From positions 1 through 35,259 of the forward strand of contig JBKHIT010000054.1 of the NCBI GenBank assembly GCA_046538485.1: a stretch of 35,259 bases of DNA, read 5' to 3'. The notes under the pieces are model-generated. The model was given only the letters and a program-made list of their open reading frames with translations. It searched no databases and was not told where the DNA came from. The position numbers and the translations under genes are program-made. This DNA comes from Candidatus Brocadiia bacterium. Lineage in GTDB: Bacteria > Planctomycetota > Brocadiia > SM23-32. Shown here one piece after another: positions 1 through 8,695 of this stretch. Numbering within the stretch: the first letter of the stretch is position 1; the number at the start of each line of letters is the position of its first letter.

Positions 1-102
1 GGCCTTCAGCCCACTTTTTTCTCAATGCACACCTGTACCCCAGGGCTCCGACGACCTTCAGGCGTCTGCACCCTGGGCTGTCATATACTGCCCTTTCAGG
101 GC
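1..102. repeat. REP-like palindromic repeat (one full unit plus the tail of a preceding unit)
   Basis: CCCAGGG (39-45) / CCCTGGG (71-77) inverted arms, followed by the hairpin GCCCTTTCAGGGC (90-102). A related GGCCTTCAGCCC lies at 1-12. The layout resembles REP-type extragenic repeats. Confidence 0.6.
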
Positions 103-173
103 AATGAACGGCAGGGCGCGCTCGGCGATAACCCCCTTGCATCTGCGTGGCATCCCGGATACGTGGAGATCTG

Positions 174-441
174 GTGGTCCATTCCACTTGATGTTGTGGG
201 TTCAGAGCAATTCTGCCGAGGTCAGTTCGAGGCGCGGCGCCAAAGGTGACCCAGACGGGTCCCTGCGAAGCCGCAACGAAGAAATGACCCGGCAGAATTG
301 CTCCCTACGGGCCGGACGGCGGCGGCCCATCTGCGGCGTTGCAGTTCGGCGTGGACCCACTTGGGTCGAACTTCTCACTGCGCCTTGCATCTGAACCGCC
401 GACGAACGGCTGAACGCACAAAATCAAGTGGAACGGACCAC
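174..441. mobile_element. MITE-like non-autonomous element, 268 bp, with 32-bp terminal inverted repeats
   Basis: 174-205 GTGGTCCATTCCACTTGATGTTGTGGGTTCAG matches the reverse complement of 410-441 at 29/32 positions. Internal perfect 13-bp inverted repeat at 206-218/290-302, and two GACCC-n4-GGGTC hairpins at 248-261 and 354-367. No credible ORF. Confidence 0.65.
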
Positions 442-576
442 TTTGTTGGTTCTGGAAGATCTGTCGGTTGATGAGCCGCGTTCTGAACTCCAGCCTGCTT
501 ATGTGTCAAGTCACGGAACGCGATAGAAAACAACGAGTCCCTTTGGTCTCTTGCGTCCCTTCTCCCCGCAACCGAT

Positions 577-692
577 CGCCGAGGGGGACCTGCCGTTGGT
601 TGTTGTGCTGTTTTGCTGCGAGACCTGTCGGTTTATCGTCCGCGTTCTGAACCCCAGCTCCGCAGGGTGCTGAACTCCAGTCCGCTCACGGG
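577..692 (-). repeat. Dispersed ~115-bp intergenic repeat, copy 1
   Basis: Its reverse complement aligns with 34918-35028 (about ten substitutions plus short indels). The core CCGCGTTCTGAAC(T/C)CCAGC also occurs at 476-494. Confidence 0.85.
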
Positions 693-786
693 ATTGGGAT
701 CTGGGCCGGTCATACCGGCAGCTTGAAAGTCGGCTCGGGTCCGAGCCGTATCTGAGGTGTTGTAGTGCTGATTTTGTTCCGGGAAA

Positions 787-2664
787 CTAATCAAGCTCGG
801 ATCGGACTTCCACCCAATCGCCATCGCCGCGGCCGGAGCGGTACATGGCGTCGAGGACGGCCTGGGTTCTTCGCCCATCGCGTCCGTCGCATACGAGCGG
901 GGCACCGGTTCGGAGGGCGTCGGCGAAGTTGTCGGCCGCGTTGAGCCATTCCGATTCGATGCGTTCCGGTGGTTCGTCCATCCAGACGTCGTCGATGAAA
1001 TAACGTTCCCTGTTTTCTTCCAGTGGGCCGCCACTGGCTCGGGTGAGCGCCCCTTCGGTCCCATAAGCTTCGAATTCAAAGTACCATGTTTTGTGCGGGA
1101 AACAGGTGGTGGCGTAGAGGTTGACGATGCTTCCGTCTTCGTATCGCCAGTTGGCGCAGGCCAGATCTTCTCCCTCGATGTCATGGTTTTGCGTCCAGAT
1201 ATCCGCACGGGCGGCTTCGGGGACGCCGAGCACGAAGACGGCTTCATCAATGTGATGGATGCACTGGTTGCTCAGCACGCCGCCACCATCAAGTTCCAGA
1301 GTTCCGTGCCAGCTGCCCTTCCCCTCGAAGTAGGAATCGGGACGGAGAACTTTGAGAGATACCTGGGCGCCGAGGATTTGCCCCAACTTGCCATCCTGCA
1401 CGAACTTGCGGGTGCTCAGCAGATCGGATGTGAAACGGCGACCGAAATCGACGGCGAGCAGCAGATCACGCTCTTCGGCGGCCCGAATCATGCGGTCGCA
1501 GGCCTCAAGGCTCACGTCCATCGGTTTTGTGGTGAGGACATGTTTATTGGCTTCCAAAGCCTGGACGGCGACATCGGCGTGGGCGCCGCTCCAGGTCATG
1601 ACGTAGATAACCTCTGCATCGTCGTTTTCGAGCCATTCTTTGACGTCGAACGTGTACGGAACGTCGAGTTCTTCACCGACTTTTTGGGCGCGTTCTTCAT
1701 CGATGTCACAGACGCCGATCAGTTCGGTTCCGGAGGTTTCCTGGACGAGTTTAGCGCGGCTTTTGCCCATTCCGAGTCCCACGACGACAAAACGGACGGG
1801 ATCGTATTCGCGGACAATTTCTTTTTTCTCGGTTTCGGGTTGTTTCAGCATTCCGGGGGCGGCGCTGGGCCAGGCCGATCGGATCGCTTCGAGAGCGTTA
1901 TGTGTCATCTCCGCATTGCTGACTGAACGATCAGGGTTATGGGTCTCGATGGAGACCGGACCGTTGAATCCGTGGTTATCGAGCGACTGCAGGATTCGAT
2001 CGTAGGGGGCCGTCTCACCGAGCTCCTCGACTGAACCCTGAGCTTTGACGTGGACGAGGCGGGTGCGTTTGGCACAGCTGTCGATGTATTGGTCCACGTT
2101 TTCTGGAGGGTTATTGTCCCCCAACCACTCGTTTGAGACGTCCCAGGCCAGCCCCCAGCGCGGTTCGGCGAGGGCATCCAGGACGGCATTGACTTCCTCC
2201 GTGCTCACGCCGCAGTTCTCGAATGCCAGCACGAGATTGGCTTCTTTTGCTCGTTCTGCGAGCGGGCGAAAAGCATCGAGGACCTGCTGTTTTTCATCGG
2301 GCCTGACCGCCAGCTGTCCCCGCTTTTCTTCGGGAGGTTGCCAGAAGAAGAAAGAGCGGATGAGGCGGCATTCGAGCGCATCGGCCGCGCGGATGAGCCC
2401 TTCGAGTTTTTCGGCTTCCTTTTCTCGACGCTTTTGGTCAGGCAGGTGGACCTTTGCCAGGGATGACTCGAGAGTTCCGACTTTCAGGTCCCTGTCGTTG
2501 AGAGCTTTCTGGACGCGAGCGAGTTCTTCCTCAGTCAAATCGTGGATAGCTTTTCCGTAGATTCCGCCTCGCAGGTCGGCGTATTGCACGCCCCAGTCGA
2601 CGAGGGTATCAAGTGCTTCTTCAAACGGGACAGCAAGTTCATCTGTGAACACAGACTGAAACAT
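787..2664 (-). CDS. Fusion of xylose-isomerase-like TIM barrel (sugar phosphate isomerase/epimerase) and Gfo/Idh/MocA NAD-dependent oxidoreductase
   Basis: 625 aa. The N-terminal half has the metal-ligand pattern FENC..WDVSN..LVHVK..SIETH. The C-terminal half has VVGLGMG Rossmann, HVLTTKPM and GGGVLSNQCIHHID. Confidence 0.85.
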   Translation of the reverse strand: MFQSVFTDELAVPFEEALDTLVDWGVQYADLRGGIYGKAIHDLTEEELARVQKALNDRDLKVGTLESSLAKVHLPDQKRREKEAEKLEGLIRAADALECRLIRSFFFWQPPEEKRGQLAVRPDEKQQVLDAFRPLAERAKEANLVLAFENCGVSTEEVNAVLDALAEPRWGLAWDVSNEWLGDNNPPENVDQYIDSCAKRTRLVHVKAQGSVEELGETAPYDRILQSLDNHGFNGPVSIETHNPDRSVSNAEMTHNALEAIRSAWPSAAPGMLKQPETEKKEIVREYDPVRFVVVGLGMGKSRAKLVQETSGTELIGVCDIDEERAQKVGEELDVPYTFDVKEWLENDDAEVIYVMTWSGAHADVAVQALEANKHVLTTKPMDVSLEACDRMIRAAEERDLLLAVDFGRRFTSDLLSTRKFVQDGKLGQILGAQVSLKVLRPDSYFEGKGSWHGTLELDGGGVLSNQCIHHIDEAVFVLGVPEAARADIWTQNHDIEGEDLACANWRYEDGSIVNLYATTCFPHKTWYFEFEAYGTEGALTRASGGPLEENRERYFIDDVWMDEPPERIESEWLNAADNFADALRTGAPLVCDGRDGRRTQAVLDAMYRSGRGDGDWVEVRSELD

Positions 2665-2818
2665 GGGTCGATCCTTTGCTCCGAGGGAGAGAAGGTTTCC
2701 AGCAACGATCGGAGTATGAAAGAAATTTATGCGCTATGCAAGGGAGATATATATGTTTTTCGGGAGGACTTTCAGGCTTTTTTAATATGGTTTGCAAAGG
2801 ATAGAAGGATGGATTAAG

Positions 2819-2838
2819 ATGTTTGGTAGATCAAACAT
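2819..2838. promoter_or_regulatory. Putative DtxR/MntR-family operator (autoregulatory palindrome)
   Basis: ATGTTTG-GTAGAT-CAAACAT, a 20-bp palindrome about 20 bp upstream of the DtxR-family gene start. Confidence 0.65.
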
Positions 2839-2859
2839 TTCGCGTTTTCCAGGTTGGAC

Positions 2860-3411
2860 ATGACTGAAACATACTCTCTCAGCCCGGCTTATGAGGATTA
2901 TCTTGAGGCGATAGCGCGTTTGCTGGTTGACAAAAGCGGCGCGCGCGTCGGCGAGATTGCCGGCCTGGTGGGCGTGCACAAATCGACAGTCAGTGCGGCT
3001 GTGAAAGGCCTTGCCGAAAAGGGGCTGGTGAATTACAGTCCTTATGAAGAAATTACGCTAACCTCAGACGGGAAAAGGATTGCAGGCGAGATACGCCGTC
3101 GACACGAGGTAATACGTGAGTTTTTGGAAAACGTTTTATCGGTAGATCAAGAGACAGCAGAGGCAAATGCCTGTCGTATGGAGCACGTTATGGATGCGGA
3201 TGTATTGGAAAGGCTTTCTTTTTTTGCTGAATTTGTACAAAATTGTCCGCGCGCTGGCGAGGATTGGTTGAAAAAGTTTCGGTATTACTGCAAACATGAA
3301 GGGCATCCACCGCAGGACGATCAGGAATTGGGACTCTGGATGAAAGAATTCGAGCGCAAGGTGCGAAAGCGAGAGATGAATACAGGAGAAGCCGATGCCG
3401 ATTCAGCTTGA
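2860..3411 (+). CDS. DtxR/MntR-family metal-dependent transcriptional repressor
   Basis: EDYLEAI, HTH, RRHEVIREFL and ACRMEH motifs. ATG at 2860 is preferred over TTG at 2854. Confidence 0.92.
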   Translation: MTETYSLSPAYEDYLEAIARLLVDKSGARVGEIAGLVGVHKSTVSAAVKGLAEKGLVNYSPYEEITLTSDGKRIAGEIRRRHEVIREFLENVLSVDQETAEANACRMEHVMDADVLERLSFFAEFVQNCPRAGEDWLKKFRYYCKHEGHPPQDDQELGLWMKEFERKVRKREMNTGEADADSA

Positions 3412-3631
3412 CAAGCTTCAACCCGGTCAGAGCGCATCTGTCCACCGGGTAAACGGTGGCCGAGGTGTGCTGCGTCGGCTGGAGGCAATGGGTGTTAGAC
3501 CCGGCAAACTTATAACGAAGGTCAGTTCCCAGTTTATGGGAGGGCCGATCACTGTAATGATCGACGGTCGATACGTTGCGATGGGGCGAGGAATGGCGGC
3601 GAAAGTAACCGTAGAGCCGAGAGGAAATTGA
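3395..3631 (+). CDS. feoA: Ferrous iron transport protein A
   Basis: 78 aa with RRLEAMGVRPG and AMGRGMAAKV; lies directly upstream of feoB. Confidence 0.9.
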   Translation: MPIQLDKLQPGQSASVHRVNGGRGVLRRLEAMGVRPGKLITKVSSQFMGGPITVMIDGRYVAMGRGMAAKVTVEPRGN

Positions 3632-3676
3632 ATCGCTTGAAACCCACCTGAAATAATTGCTTTCGAAGGACCTGCC

Positions 3677-5395
3677 ATGCTTGTCCTCCTTATGGGAAAT
3701 CCAAACGTCGGCAAGAGTGCGATTTTTTCGCGTCTCACTGGCGCTGACGTCATCGCATCAAATTACCCGGGGACAACTGTTGAATATACGAAAGGAAAGA
3801 TGGAAATCGAGGGGGAGAAGACCGAAGTGATCGACGTCCCCGGCACGTACACTCTCGAGCCTTCCAGTCGCGCGGAAGAGGTTGCCGTCGAGATGACGCG
3901 GGAGGCGGACATAATCATCAATGTGGTTGATGCAGCCAGCATTGAACGCGATCTCAACTTGACCGTCCAACTGTTGCGGACTTCCAGCCGGGTAATTGTT
4001 GCTCTGAATATGTGGGATGAGGCCGTGGCGAAGGGAGTGCAAATCGATGTTGACAGGTTGGAGGCCGAACTCGGTGTTCCTGTAGTTCCCACTTGTGCGC
4101 TGAGCGGGCAGGGTCTTAAAGAACTGCGCAGGCGTCTGCCGGAAGCGCAGGCGCGCAACATGAAATTTGAGGATGAAAACAAATGGTACGTGATAGGCGA
4201 AATTCTTGATTCGACGCTGACGATAACTCACCGTCATCCTACATTCAGGGAAAAATTAAGTCACGCCAGTGTACACCCGTTTTGGGGCCTGGTTTTTGCG
4301 CTTGTGGTCCTGGCTGTCTCCTTTGAAATCGTGCGATTGGTTGGCGAAGGGGTCATAAGTTATGCGGCAGATCCTCTTTTCGATACCGTCTGGCGTCCCG
4401 TCGTCCAGTGGATAAGCCATTTGCTGGGGGAAAGCGGTTTCTGGCACAGTCTATTGATCGGGACCCTTTTCGAGGGAAAAGTCGATTGGGGGCAGTCTTT
4501 TGGCGTTCTGACGACCGGACTTTATATCCCGGTTGCTCAGGTTTTACCTTACGTTTTTGCCTTTTACTTCATACTGAGCATTCTCGAAGATGTTGGTTAC
4601 CTGCCTCGTTTGGGGGTTGTGATCGATAATTTGATGCATCGGGTGGGGCTGCACGGTCTATCGGTGGTTCCGATGTTGCTGGGGCTGGGCTGTAATGTGC
4701 CGGGCGCACTGGCTTTGCGGGTGCTGGAGACGCGAAAGGAGCGTTTCATTGCCGGGACTCTTATGGCAATCTGCATTCCGTGTATGGCTCAAATAGCCAT
4801 GATAGCCGGGCTGCTGGGCCAGTACGGTGTGCGCGGATTTCTCCCGGTTTTTGGAACGCTATTTCTTCTGTGGTTAGTCCTCGGGATAATTATGAAACGA
4901 TATGTAAAAGGCGAAACTCCCGAGATACTGGTGGAGATTCCCCCGTATCGGTTTCCGTACTGGAAATCTCTGCTGAAAAAACTCTGGATGCGGGTGCGCT
5001 GGTTCCTGCAGGAGGCCATACCGTATGTGTTGCTGGGTGTGGTCATTATCAACCTGCTCTACGTCCTGGGAATCATTGATGTGCTCAGCCGGGCCATAGG
5101 ACCGGCCATTACGCGTGTGCTGGGACTCCCCCCCGGGGCTGTGGGAGCTCTCATTATGGGATTTTTGCGGAAAGATATCGCCGTGGGCATGCTGCGGCCG
5201 CTTTCGCTGAATTTGCGTCAGCTGATCGTTGCCAGCGTGGTGCTTGCCGCCTATTTTCCCTGTGCGGCGACATTCGTCGTGCTTTTTAAGGAACTCGGCC
5301 TGAAAGATATGGCGAAGTCGGCCCTTATCATGATTTTCGTGGCGTTCACAACGGGGGGGCTGCTCAATCTGCTGCTGAAGGCCGTGGGGATTTAA
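3677..5395 (+). CDS. feoB: Ferrous iron transport protein B
   Basis: G-motifs GNPNVGKS, NYPGTTVE, DVPG, NMWD; gate motifs LEDVGYLPR, LGLGCNVP, YFPC; multiple TM helices. Confidence 0.95.
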   Translation: MLVLLMGNPNVGKSAIFSRLTGADVIASNYPGTTVEYTKGKMEIEGEKTEVIDVPGTYTLEPSSRAEEVAVEMTREADIIINVVDAASIERDLNLTVQLLRTSSRVIVALNMWDEAVAKGVQIDVDRLEAELGVPVVPTCALSGQGLKELRRRLPEAQARNMKFEDENKWYVIGEILDSTLTITHRHPTFREKLSHASVHPFWGLVFALVVLAVSFEIVRLVGEGVISYAADPLFDTVWRPVVQWISHLLGESGFWHSLLIGTLFEGKVDWGQSFGVLTTGLYIPVAQVLPYVFAFYFILSILEDVGYLPRLGVVIDNLMHRVGLHGLSVVPMLLGLGCNVPGALALRVLETRKERFIAGTLMAICIPCMAQIAMIAGLLGQYGVRGFLPVFGTLFLLWLVLGIIMKRYVKGETPEILVEIPPYRFPYWKSLLKKLWMRVRWFLQEAIPYVLLGVVIINLLYVLGIIDVLSRAIGPAITRVLGLPPGAVGALIMGFLRKDIAVGMLRPLSLNLRQLIVASVVLAAYFPCAATFVVLFKELGLKDMAKSALIMIFVAFTTGGLLNLLLKAVGI

Positions 5396-5771
5396 AACGG
5401 CCTTTCAGACCACATCTCTGGCTTTGGCTCTCTTGGCCCAAACACCCCCTTAGCCCGTTCCCGGAAACACGGTAAGGAAAAATACTCACCCTTGTGGTGG
5501 AGATCGTTATGTTTCGACCTACACCGCTCCCGGAGGGCCAACCGCTGTCTTTAGACTCAGATTACAGGCTGTGTACCGAGATCAGATGCGAAATATAGTG
5601 CAAACTCTTTCTGGGCTGCCGTTTATAATAATTATACCTTTAGGTTCGTGAGAAATGCGGGCTAACGATCGCCAGGACAAGCCCCGGCGGATTCGATGGA
5701 GTGGCAGCCGGCTTTTGTAGGTTAAAATCTTAAGCACGCCGGGGTAAACCCGTCGGATGGATCCGGAGTAT

Positions 5772-7040
5772 TTACCGGTCATCCCCCAGTTTTTTCTCTG
5801 AGCTATGTGTGGCCTCTTCCAGCACCTTACACTGCCCATTTGCGTGCTCTTTGAGGGCTTTTTCGACTGTTGTTGCACTTGTCCGGAGGACCTCGATGTA
5901 GTGGTCTCGGAGCGCATGGAAAGCGATTTCGCCGATTTCGCGTACGATCACGGCATCAAATGCTTTGTCGTTGAGCAATTCGTTGATGACGGCCAACCCG
6001 GCACGCACTTCCTTATCCTGCATTTCATTCGGGATGATTTCGACGTCTTCGGCTCCGTCTTCCCCTGTCCTTGCGATCAGGAAAAAAGGTGCCCGTCCAA
6101 AGTGTTCTGATATGCCGGAATTGAGCCCGGCATCTTCCACGAGGGGAAGCAAAAGTCTGGGTTTCTCGGGTCGATCGGGCTCAATGTGGAACATGATCCC
6201 TTCGATTTGGGGGAATTCTTCACGCACGGTCCGCTGGGCCCGGTGCGCGATTTCATGTCCACGGACGACTTCCATGGAAGGCGGCACGCGAAGGTGACCG
6301 TCAAGGAAATAGAACGGCCCTGCGCGTCGCAGCAGCACTTTTTCAACGTTCCGCACCCCATTTGCTTCGGATACCCGGCGCTTGATTTTTTCTTCGAGTT
6401 CAGGATTTACCGAAGCATCCATGAGGCTCAGGACGGCCTGCGAGATGTTTTTGATCCCAATCCAGATAATAACGATGGCGATGAGAACCCCGACCACGCC
6501 ATCAAGCCAGTGAACGCCGAGGAGAGCACCGACGCCGCTGACAAGAACCATAAGTGAAGAGACGGCATCCATCCGGGTCTCTGCGGCCGTGGCTCCCAGG
6601 CTTTGAGAGTTGCTGGCGTGGGCGGCTTTGTTTTCCCATCGAGATATAAAAAAGGCCATAACGGCCGAAAAAAAGCCCATGCTTATTGTAAGCCAGGGAC
6701 GTTCCATGGTAGAGGGGGTTTGGATTCGCTGGATGCCCTCCCAGAGCAAGGAACTGCCCATATAGGTAATGGCTCCGGACGCAACAAGAGCGGCGAGCGT
6801 TTCGGCGCGGTAGTATCCGTACGGGAACTTGCGGCTGGCAGGCCGAAGGGCAAGCGTGAGACCGAACCAGGCGGCAAGGATCGCCAGCAGGTCCGCGATC
6901 GTGTGCACCGCATCGGCCTGGAGGGCGAGCGAACCGGCCAGGTAGCCAACAATCCCTTTGGTAACCCCCATAAAAATCACCAGAAGCACTGCGAACCCGG
7001 CAATTCTTCTGGCTTTTTTGACATTCATAGACATGAGCAT
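5772..7040 (-). CDS. Cation diffusion facilitator (CDF) transporter with a C-terminal NifB/NifX-family domain
   Basis: SLALQADAVHTIAD and FPYGYYRAE CDF motifs, six TM segments, dimerisation domain ending HIEP, then ISEHFGRAPFF...GEIAF (NifX-like). Confidence 0.88.
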   Translation of the reverse strand: MLMSMNVKKARRIAGFAVLLVIFMGVTKGIVGYLAGSLALQADAVHTIADLLAILAAWFGLTLALRPASRKFPYGYYRAETLAALVASGAITYMGSSLLWEGIQRIQTPSTMERPWLTISMGFFSAVMAFFISRWENKAAHASNSQSLGATAAETRMDAVSSLMVLVSGVGALLGVHWLDGVVGVLIAIVIIWIGIKNISQAVLSLMDASVNPELEEKIKRRVSEANGVRNVEKVLLRRAGPFYFLDGHLRVPPSMEVVRGHEIAHRAQRTVREEFPQIEGIMFHIEPDRPEKPRLLLPLVEDAGLNSGISEHFGRAPFFLIARTGEDGAEDVEIIPNEMQDKEVRAGLAVINELLNDKAFDAVIVREIGEIAFHALRDHYIEVLRTSATTVEKALKEHANGQCKVLEEATHSSEKKLGDDR

Positions 7041-7098
7041 TCGTTTGCGGAAGGGAGGATTGTATCATTTTAGCGCAGTGGCGGGTTTTACACGATGC

Positions 7099-7440
7099 TC
7101 AGAAGAATTTGTCGCGCCACCACAGGAAGAAAGCCCACTCGTTGTTTTTATTGCTCTTATTCTCACTATCATTTCCTGATTTACCTGCAGCTTGAAGAAG
7201 AATTTCTTCGCAGGGTTCCGACGCAGTTAAAAACTGGTAGGCACATTTGAGAACAACAAATCTTTTTTTAGCATCCGGATCTTCTGAATTCCTGTCCGGG
7301 TGATATTCCTTACATTTCTCCCGCCAGGCGGCCTTTATTTCCTCTCTGGAAGCATCTTCGCCCACACCGAGGATTTGGCGGGCAGCCTTCCGGGCTTTTT
7401 GGTCGCGCCGAATGTCTTTGCGAAAATCTTTGTCAGACAT
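7099..7440 (-). CDS. Small J-domain (DnaJ-like) protein
   Basis: ILGVGEDASREEIKAAWR..YHPDRN J-domain with intact HPD; aromatic C-terminus NEWAFFLWWRDKFF. Confidence 0.85.
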   Translation of the reverse strand: MSDKDFRKDIRRDQKARKAARQILGVGEDASREEIKAAWREKCKEYHPDRNSEDPDAKKRFVVLKCAYQFLTASEPCEEILLQAAGKSGNDSENKSNKNNEWAFFLWWRDKFF

Positions 7441-7621
7441 TATTTCGGACCGTAAGGTGTATCAAGAGTCATTCAGAACGGTGATAATTTGTATAAAAAA
7501 GAAGCAACTTTTGCTGGCGAAAGGTTTTCTGAACACAAATAAACCGCAGATGAAAAAATAATAGGCCTCCACTTCCCTATCAGAGAGTATAGGCAAAAGC
7601 TGTATTAGCGTCTACCGGGAA

Positions 7622-7648
7622 GCGGGGAATAGCCTCAATTTCCCCCGC
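7622..7648 (-). terminator. GC-rich hairpin downstream of the FmdB-like gene (possible terminator)
   Basis: GCGGGGAA...TTCCCCCGC inverted repeat 12 bp after the stop codon; the U-tail is weak. Confidence 0.4.
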
Positions 7649-7660
7649 ATTGTGAGGAGT

Positions 7661-7864
7661 TCACTCGTGTTTCTTGGGTGAGGAACTTGCGTAATCAGTT
7701 GCGTAGAAACCGCTGCCCTTGAAAACAGCTGCACAGCCACCGGTAATAATACGCTTGAGTGGAGCACCGCATTCGGGACACTTTTCGTGCGGTGGGTCTG
7801 TCATTTTTTGGATGAATTCAAAGTGTTTGCCGGTTTTCTGACACTTATATTCATATGTCGGCAT
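7661..7864 (-). CDS. FmdB-family zinc-ribbon regulatory protein
   Basis: MPTYEYKC..G..FE..Q......CPECG..LKRII....FKGSGFYATDY; SD-like GGGGGA upstream. Confidence 0.9.
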   Translation of the reverse strand: MPTYEYKCQKTGKHFEFIQKMTDPPHEKCPECGAPLKRIITGGCAAVFKGSGFYATDYASSSPKKHE

Positions 7865-7918
7865 CTGTATTTCCCCCCTGGCGATTTTTACTGTTGGATA
7901 GGTTGTTCCGCCGGTCTT

Positions 7919-8695
7919 TCATCTTTTTTGTAGCGAAATGGCGCCAGTAGGGCATTCGGGAACACATGCAGCGCAGCCGGTGCAAAGATTTTCGTCGATG
8001 CGGGCAATTCCGTTGATTTGTATCGCATTCTCGGGGCAGACCTGCGCACAGGCTCCGCAAGCATCACACTCACCTTTGTTGACGACGGCGATGGCGCCCG
8101 AGGGCTCTGATTGTTGTAACTGGGAAATTCGTTCCTGGATTTGTTCCAGTTGATCTTCAAGCTTTTCTGCAGAGTCCCGGAGGCTTTGCAACTCGGAGCC
8201 GGAATTTTGGGGTTGCGATTGAGGAGCAGGCGTTTGAGATGCGGAAGGCTGAATATTTTGTCGTGTTCCTCCTCCCATATTCCCTGCGCCCGCACGGCCC
8301 ATTCCGCCCCCCATCCCACGACCGGTTCCTCCTCCGACGCCGAAATGAGATTCCACATTTGCCTGTCCTGACTGAGATAAAGCTCCCGATTTGAATTCCT
8401 GAACGGCGTCTTCTGCATTGCCGGATACGCCAACGATCACATCGATTCCGCCGGAGTTAAGGACTTGAAAAGCATTGGGACCGCAATTCCCGGTAAGGAC
8501 GGTGCTTACCCCCCGATCGACCATCATCTGGGCGGACTGAATTCCTGCTCCTCCACCAGCCGTTGCGTTCGGGTTGTTGATAGCTTCAAAATCCAGTGTG
8601 TCGGTATCCACAAACAGGAAGTAAGAACAACGGCCAAAACGGGGATCAATATCATCCTGCAAATTCGGGCCAGTCGTTGTAACAGCAATTTCCAC
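7919..8695 (-). CDS. NifB/NifX-family (orange protein/MTH1175-like) protein fused to a coiled coil and a 2x[4Fe-4S] ferredoxin
   Basis: DPRFGRC..GAGIQSAQ..TGNCGPNAF N-domain, Gly-rich linker, heptad stretch, then CDACGACAQVCP and CTGCAACVPECP; SD GGAGG before the GTG start. Confidence 0.88.
   Translation of the reverse strand: MEIAVTTTGPNLQDDIDPRFGRCSYFLFVDTDTLDFEAINNPNATAGGGAGIQSAQMMVDRGVSTVLTGNCGPNAFQVLNSGGIDVIVGVSGNAEDAVQEFKSGALSQSGQANVESHFGVGGGTGRGMGGGMGRAGAGNMGGGTRQNIQPSASQTPAPQSQPQNSGSELQSLRDSAEKLEDQLEQIQERISQLQQSEPSGAIAVVNKGECDACGACAQVCPENAIQINGIARIDENLCTGCAACVPECPTGAISLQKR

Noticed and set aside
25..650. Short ORFs in the left repeat cluster and at 34794-35009
   Set aside because: They overlap palindromic repeats, lack SD sequences and have no protein-like features.
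670..682. CTGAACTCCAGTC (and GACTGGAGTTCAGA at 34946-34959) matches part of the Illumina TruSeq adapter
   Set aside because: The flanking adapter sequence (AGATCGGAAGAGCACACGT) is absent, and the motif occurs as diverged copies inside a longer repeat. It is treated as genomic, but raw reads should confirm this.
476..692. Three CTGAAC(T/C)CCAG cores as a possible CRISPR array
   Set aside because: The repeats are too short, the spacing is irregular and there are no cas genes.
1093..1926. 277-aa plus-strand ORF and similar long antisense ORFs (e.g. 13231-14058, 22832-23707)
   Set aside because: Shadow frames opposite well-supported genes, with no recognisable motifs.
5396..5771. 376-bp gap between convergent feoB and CDF genes as a possible ncRNA or small gene
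   Set aside because: No recognisable RNA motif, strong hairpin or credible ORF; a lone TATAAT lacks a clear -35.
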